Below, piece by piece: positions 61,410-64,000 of a stretch of 64,000 bases of DNA (positions are counted from its first letter, which is position 1; each line of letters starts with the position of its first letter). This DNA is from Podarcis muralis (taxonomy: Eukaryota), in assembly GCF_964188315.1 (NCBI RefSeq), contig NC_135656.1:77376001-77440000 (forward strand), given 5' to 3'. Made by a program: the position numbers and the translations under genes. The notes below the pieces were generated by a model, which worked only from the letters and a program-made list of their open reading frames with translations, was not told the origin of the DNA and searched no databases.

Positions 61410-61491
61410 TGTTTAAAAAGGGTAATGTAAGGGTTGCAGGTTATGTGACAACACCATAACAAATATCATGAGCCTTTTAGGTGTCACAATA

Positions 61492-61857
61492 TAGGTACCC
61501 CACCCCCACTTACGAACATCCGATTTTTGTGCAACCACGTTTGCACAGGCCACCGTGAAATATAAATAAATAAATGGACTGGTCTTCCCTCGCTTGGGGA
61601 TGCTGCCTGAGCGGGGAAAGGCAGCTTTCAGTTAAGCCAGCCGGGCGGGAGGTGCCTCCACTGTGCATCTGCACACCCCATCTGGCAGCGGTTCCGCTGG
61701 GCATCCTTCTCAGCCCTCGCCCTCCATGGCCAGCTGCTACCGTCAGACGCACCGGCTCCCTTCAGGGAAGCAGGCCAGCTCGGGACAGGCGGGACACAAT
61801 TTCACTTATGTGTGAAGGTTCTGGAGCGTAGCCTGTATGTAAGTGGGGGGATGCCTG
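61492..61857. mobile_element. Tigger/pogo-like MITE with decayed TIRs
   Basis: Left (c>t)aggtacccc..ccccacttac and right gtaagtggggggatgcctg, followed by TA. Confidence 0.6.
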
Positions 61858-62674
61858 TATTTTGTTGGTTAGGATCTGCATAAGAGTAGAGCAGGCAGCA
61901 AAAGGTTAGGTCCTCTTCAGGAAGTAGCCAGGGCCAATCGGGGGGGCGGGGGAACACACCTTTATTTAACCTTTAACCTTTAGTTAAATTTAGGTAGCTA
62001 CTGAATCATTTAGAATATTATGTCCCTTTTCCCAGCCCCAAGAAGCTGTCAGAACGGCTTGCAAAAGAGTCTCACGATACTATATAGGGTACATTCAGGA
62101 ATAGTTTCAGGAACAGAAATAACCTGACGCTGATGTAGTGCCAGGTTTATTCAGGCAGCATTTCCTACTCTCATCTTTGGTGACACACTTTGGCCAATGC
62201 CTAACAGAGGGCAGAGCCCACTCAGGACTAACAAGGCAAGAGAATGATGCCAATTAACAGGAACTTGCTCAGCTCTCGAGAAAGGCAAATCTTCCATAGC
62301 TGGCAGTTGCCAGTTGCCAACAGAAGCTCCCATTGAGGAGATCTTCTGAGACAAGGGAGTGGGGCAGACCATCTTGTAGCCAAGAATGGAAGCAGATATT
62401 CCAGTATATAACATTCTTTATCACACATTACCAATGAAAATTGCAACAGTCAAGTCATATTAATAAAAATCAGGGGAGTAGCAACAGTCTAAGCAAGGCT
62501 TAGCCCTTACCAGAGTCTTCACCCACTTGTCCTGCCTCTCCTTGCTCTGCCCACTTTTCCATAGCCAGATTCATTTACGAAACACCATGCTTTTCTTGTA
62601 AAAACTCAGGTTTTCAGAAAAGCTTCCTTCAGAAATCTTATTATTGTGAGAGAATATAGATACAAAAATTGGTC

Positions 62675-62803
62675 CATGGGAAACCTGTGGTTCTTTAGAT
62701 GTTTCTGGACTACAGCTCCCCTGATCGTTGACCATTGAGCATGGAACTGAGGCTAATGGAGTTTTAAGTCCAACAACATCCGGAGGGGCCACAGTCGCTG
62801 CCA
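62675..62803. mobile_element. Short palindromic squamate MITE
   Basis: gggaaacctgtgg...ggactaca...agtccaacaacatccggaggggccacag. Confidence 0.6.
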
Positions 62804-64000
62804 TAGTTGGGTCAAACCCGGAAGATGTCCCATTTAGGTTTGTTGCTGAATTTTGCCCGAATTGGCTTTTCTGCCCAGGAAATCTGAGAGAGTTATGATG
62901 GGATCCAGCAGGTTATCCTCCCTGCCGGCAGCTGGGATCAGGGTAATTTCCTTGTCTGCAAAACTCCTGTAGACGCAGTGAACTGCATAAATTGGAACCT
63001 CCCTGCTGCCCCTGAGAATTTATATGGCAAGGCAGGGGCTACAAGGCTAATGTGTATGTTTAGATGGGCTTGTTTCCTGTAGCAGGATAATTGAAAATGA
63101 AGCAGCATCATAAAGATTATATTTCCTGTGAACTTTGGAACAAGGTCTTTATTGTATATAGACCTTGAGAGAGTTGTTAAAGGATACTGAAGGAGTAACT
63201 AATCTACATTAAATGATCTTAAGTGTGTACCCATTACTGTCATTCCATTTGGACCCTACCATTTCATTTCATTCCACACTTTACAGTCTCTTTCTATTAT
63301 TATAGTAACACGTTGTGGAATAAATCACATGCTCTATTTCCATGGTCTGTTTAGTGCAGGCAGTCAATTCGGTTCTCAATGCTTTTATTGTATTCGTTGT
63401 CTTAGCTGCAATGACTACATAATTCAGTTTGTTTCCCATTTCTGTTTTATTGCTTGTTTTCATTTCAGCAAGTTCCTAAGTGCATTGAATAGTTCTGTCA
63501 TGTCTGTTAGCCCAGCTGAACTTGACTCGCCTCATCCTTCTTCTGTAGCGCAGCTTTGATGCACATTTGTAAACGCCGTTCGTCTCACTTTTTGATTCCA
63601 CTACCGTTCATAGTGATCATTTTAGGCATCCATGTTATTTTTGCAACATGTTTTAGAATGTTTGGTTGAAATAGGGAGGAAGAAGCTCACTCACCCTGTC
63701 CAAACACAAAGAGGAGCGAGTAGGAAGCCGTGGGAAGAGAAGAATTTCCTAGCTATGGATCCTTGTAAGAGTAGCTGGATACAAAAGCATTAAGAACATT
63801 GATAAGAATTTCTCCTCCACTAATAAGTGCCCTGAAATTCTACAGCCCTGCTGCTACTTTTTAATTATATCTGCTTCCATGCCTTATCCTTATAATATTA
63901 TGCAGCAGATGTGGAACACAGTTGTCCGGTTCTCATGTCACAGTAAGCCAGACCATGGCTTGATGTGGACATGCAGGCTCCTGTAAAGGAGATCATGGCT

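Noticed and set aside
60155-64000. Search for the next SYN2 exon (RTSISGNWKTNTGSAMLEQ)
   Set aside because: No matching sequence found; it presumably lies beyond the window.

Overview
Vertebrate genomic DNA from a squamate reptile, probably a lacertid-type lizard (inferred from Sauria SINEs, Bov-B, CR1, L2 and squamate MITEs). The + strand carries six internal coding exons of synapsin II (SYN2, C-domain, equivalent to human exons 2-7); exon 1 and the later exons lie outside the window. The complete five-exon TIMP4 gene (666 nt CDS, 221 aa, all 12 cysteines) is nested on the - strand in the 36.6 kb intron between 21027 and 57646, the known synapsin/TIMP nesting. The rest is intronic DNA rich in transposable elements. 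The most unusual object is an apparently full-length, ORF-intact L2-clade LINE at about 49529-53471. It has a single APE+RT ORF, no visible ORF1, a 5' array of 112-117 bp monomers each with a GTGAGT donor motif, a T-rich acceptor-like spacer, and an antisense ORF with donors pointing toward TIMP4. Other points of interest are a CR1>L2>(L1+L2 tail) nest at 3.6-5.7 kb, six co-oriented Sauria SINEs in three mixed-subfamily pairs, and a target site hit by a SINE and then by Bov-B. All homology calls are from recognition, not database searches. No clearly new biological system is demonstrated; the L2 5' architecture is the best candidate to test.
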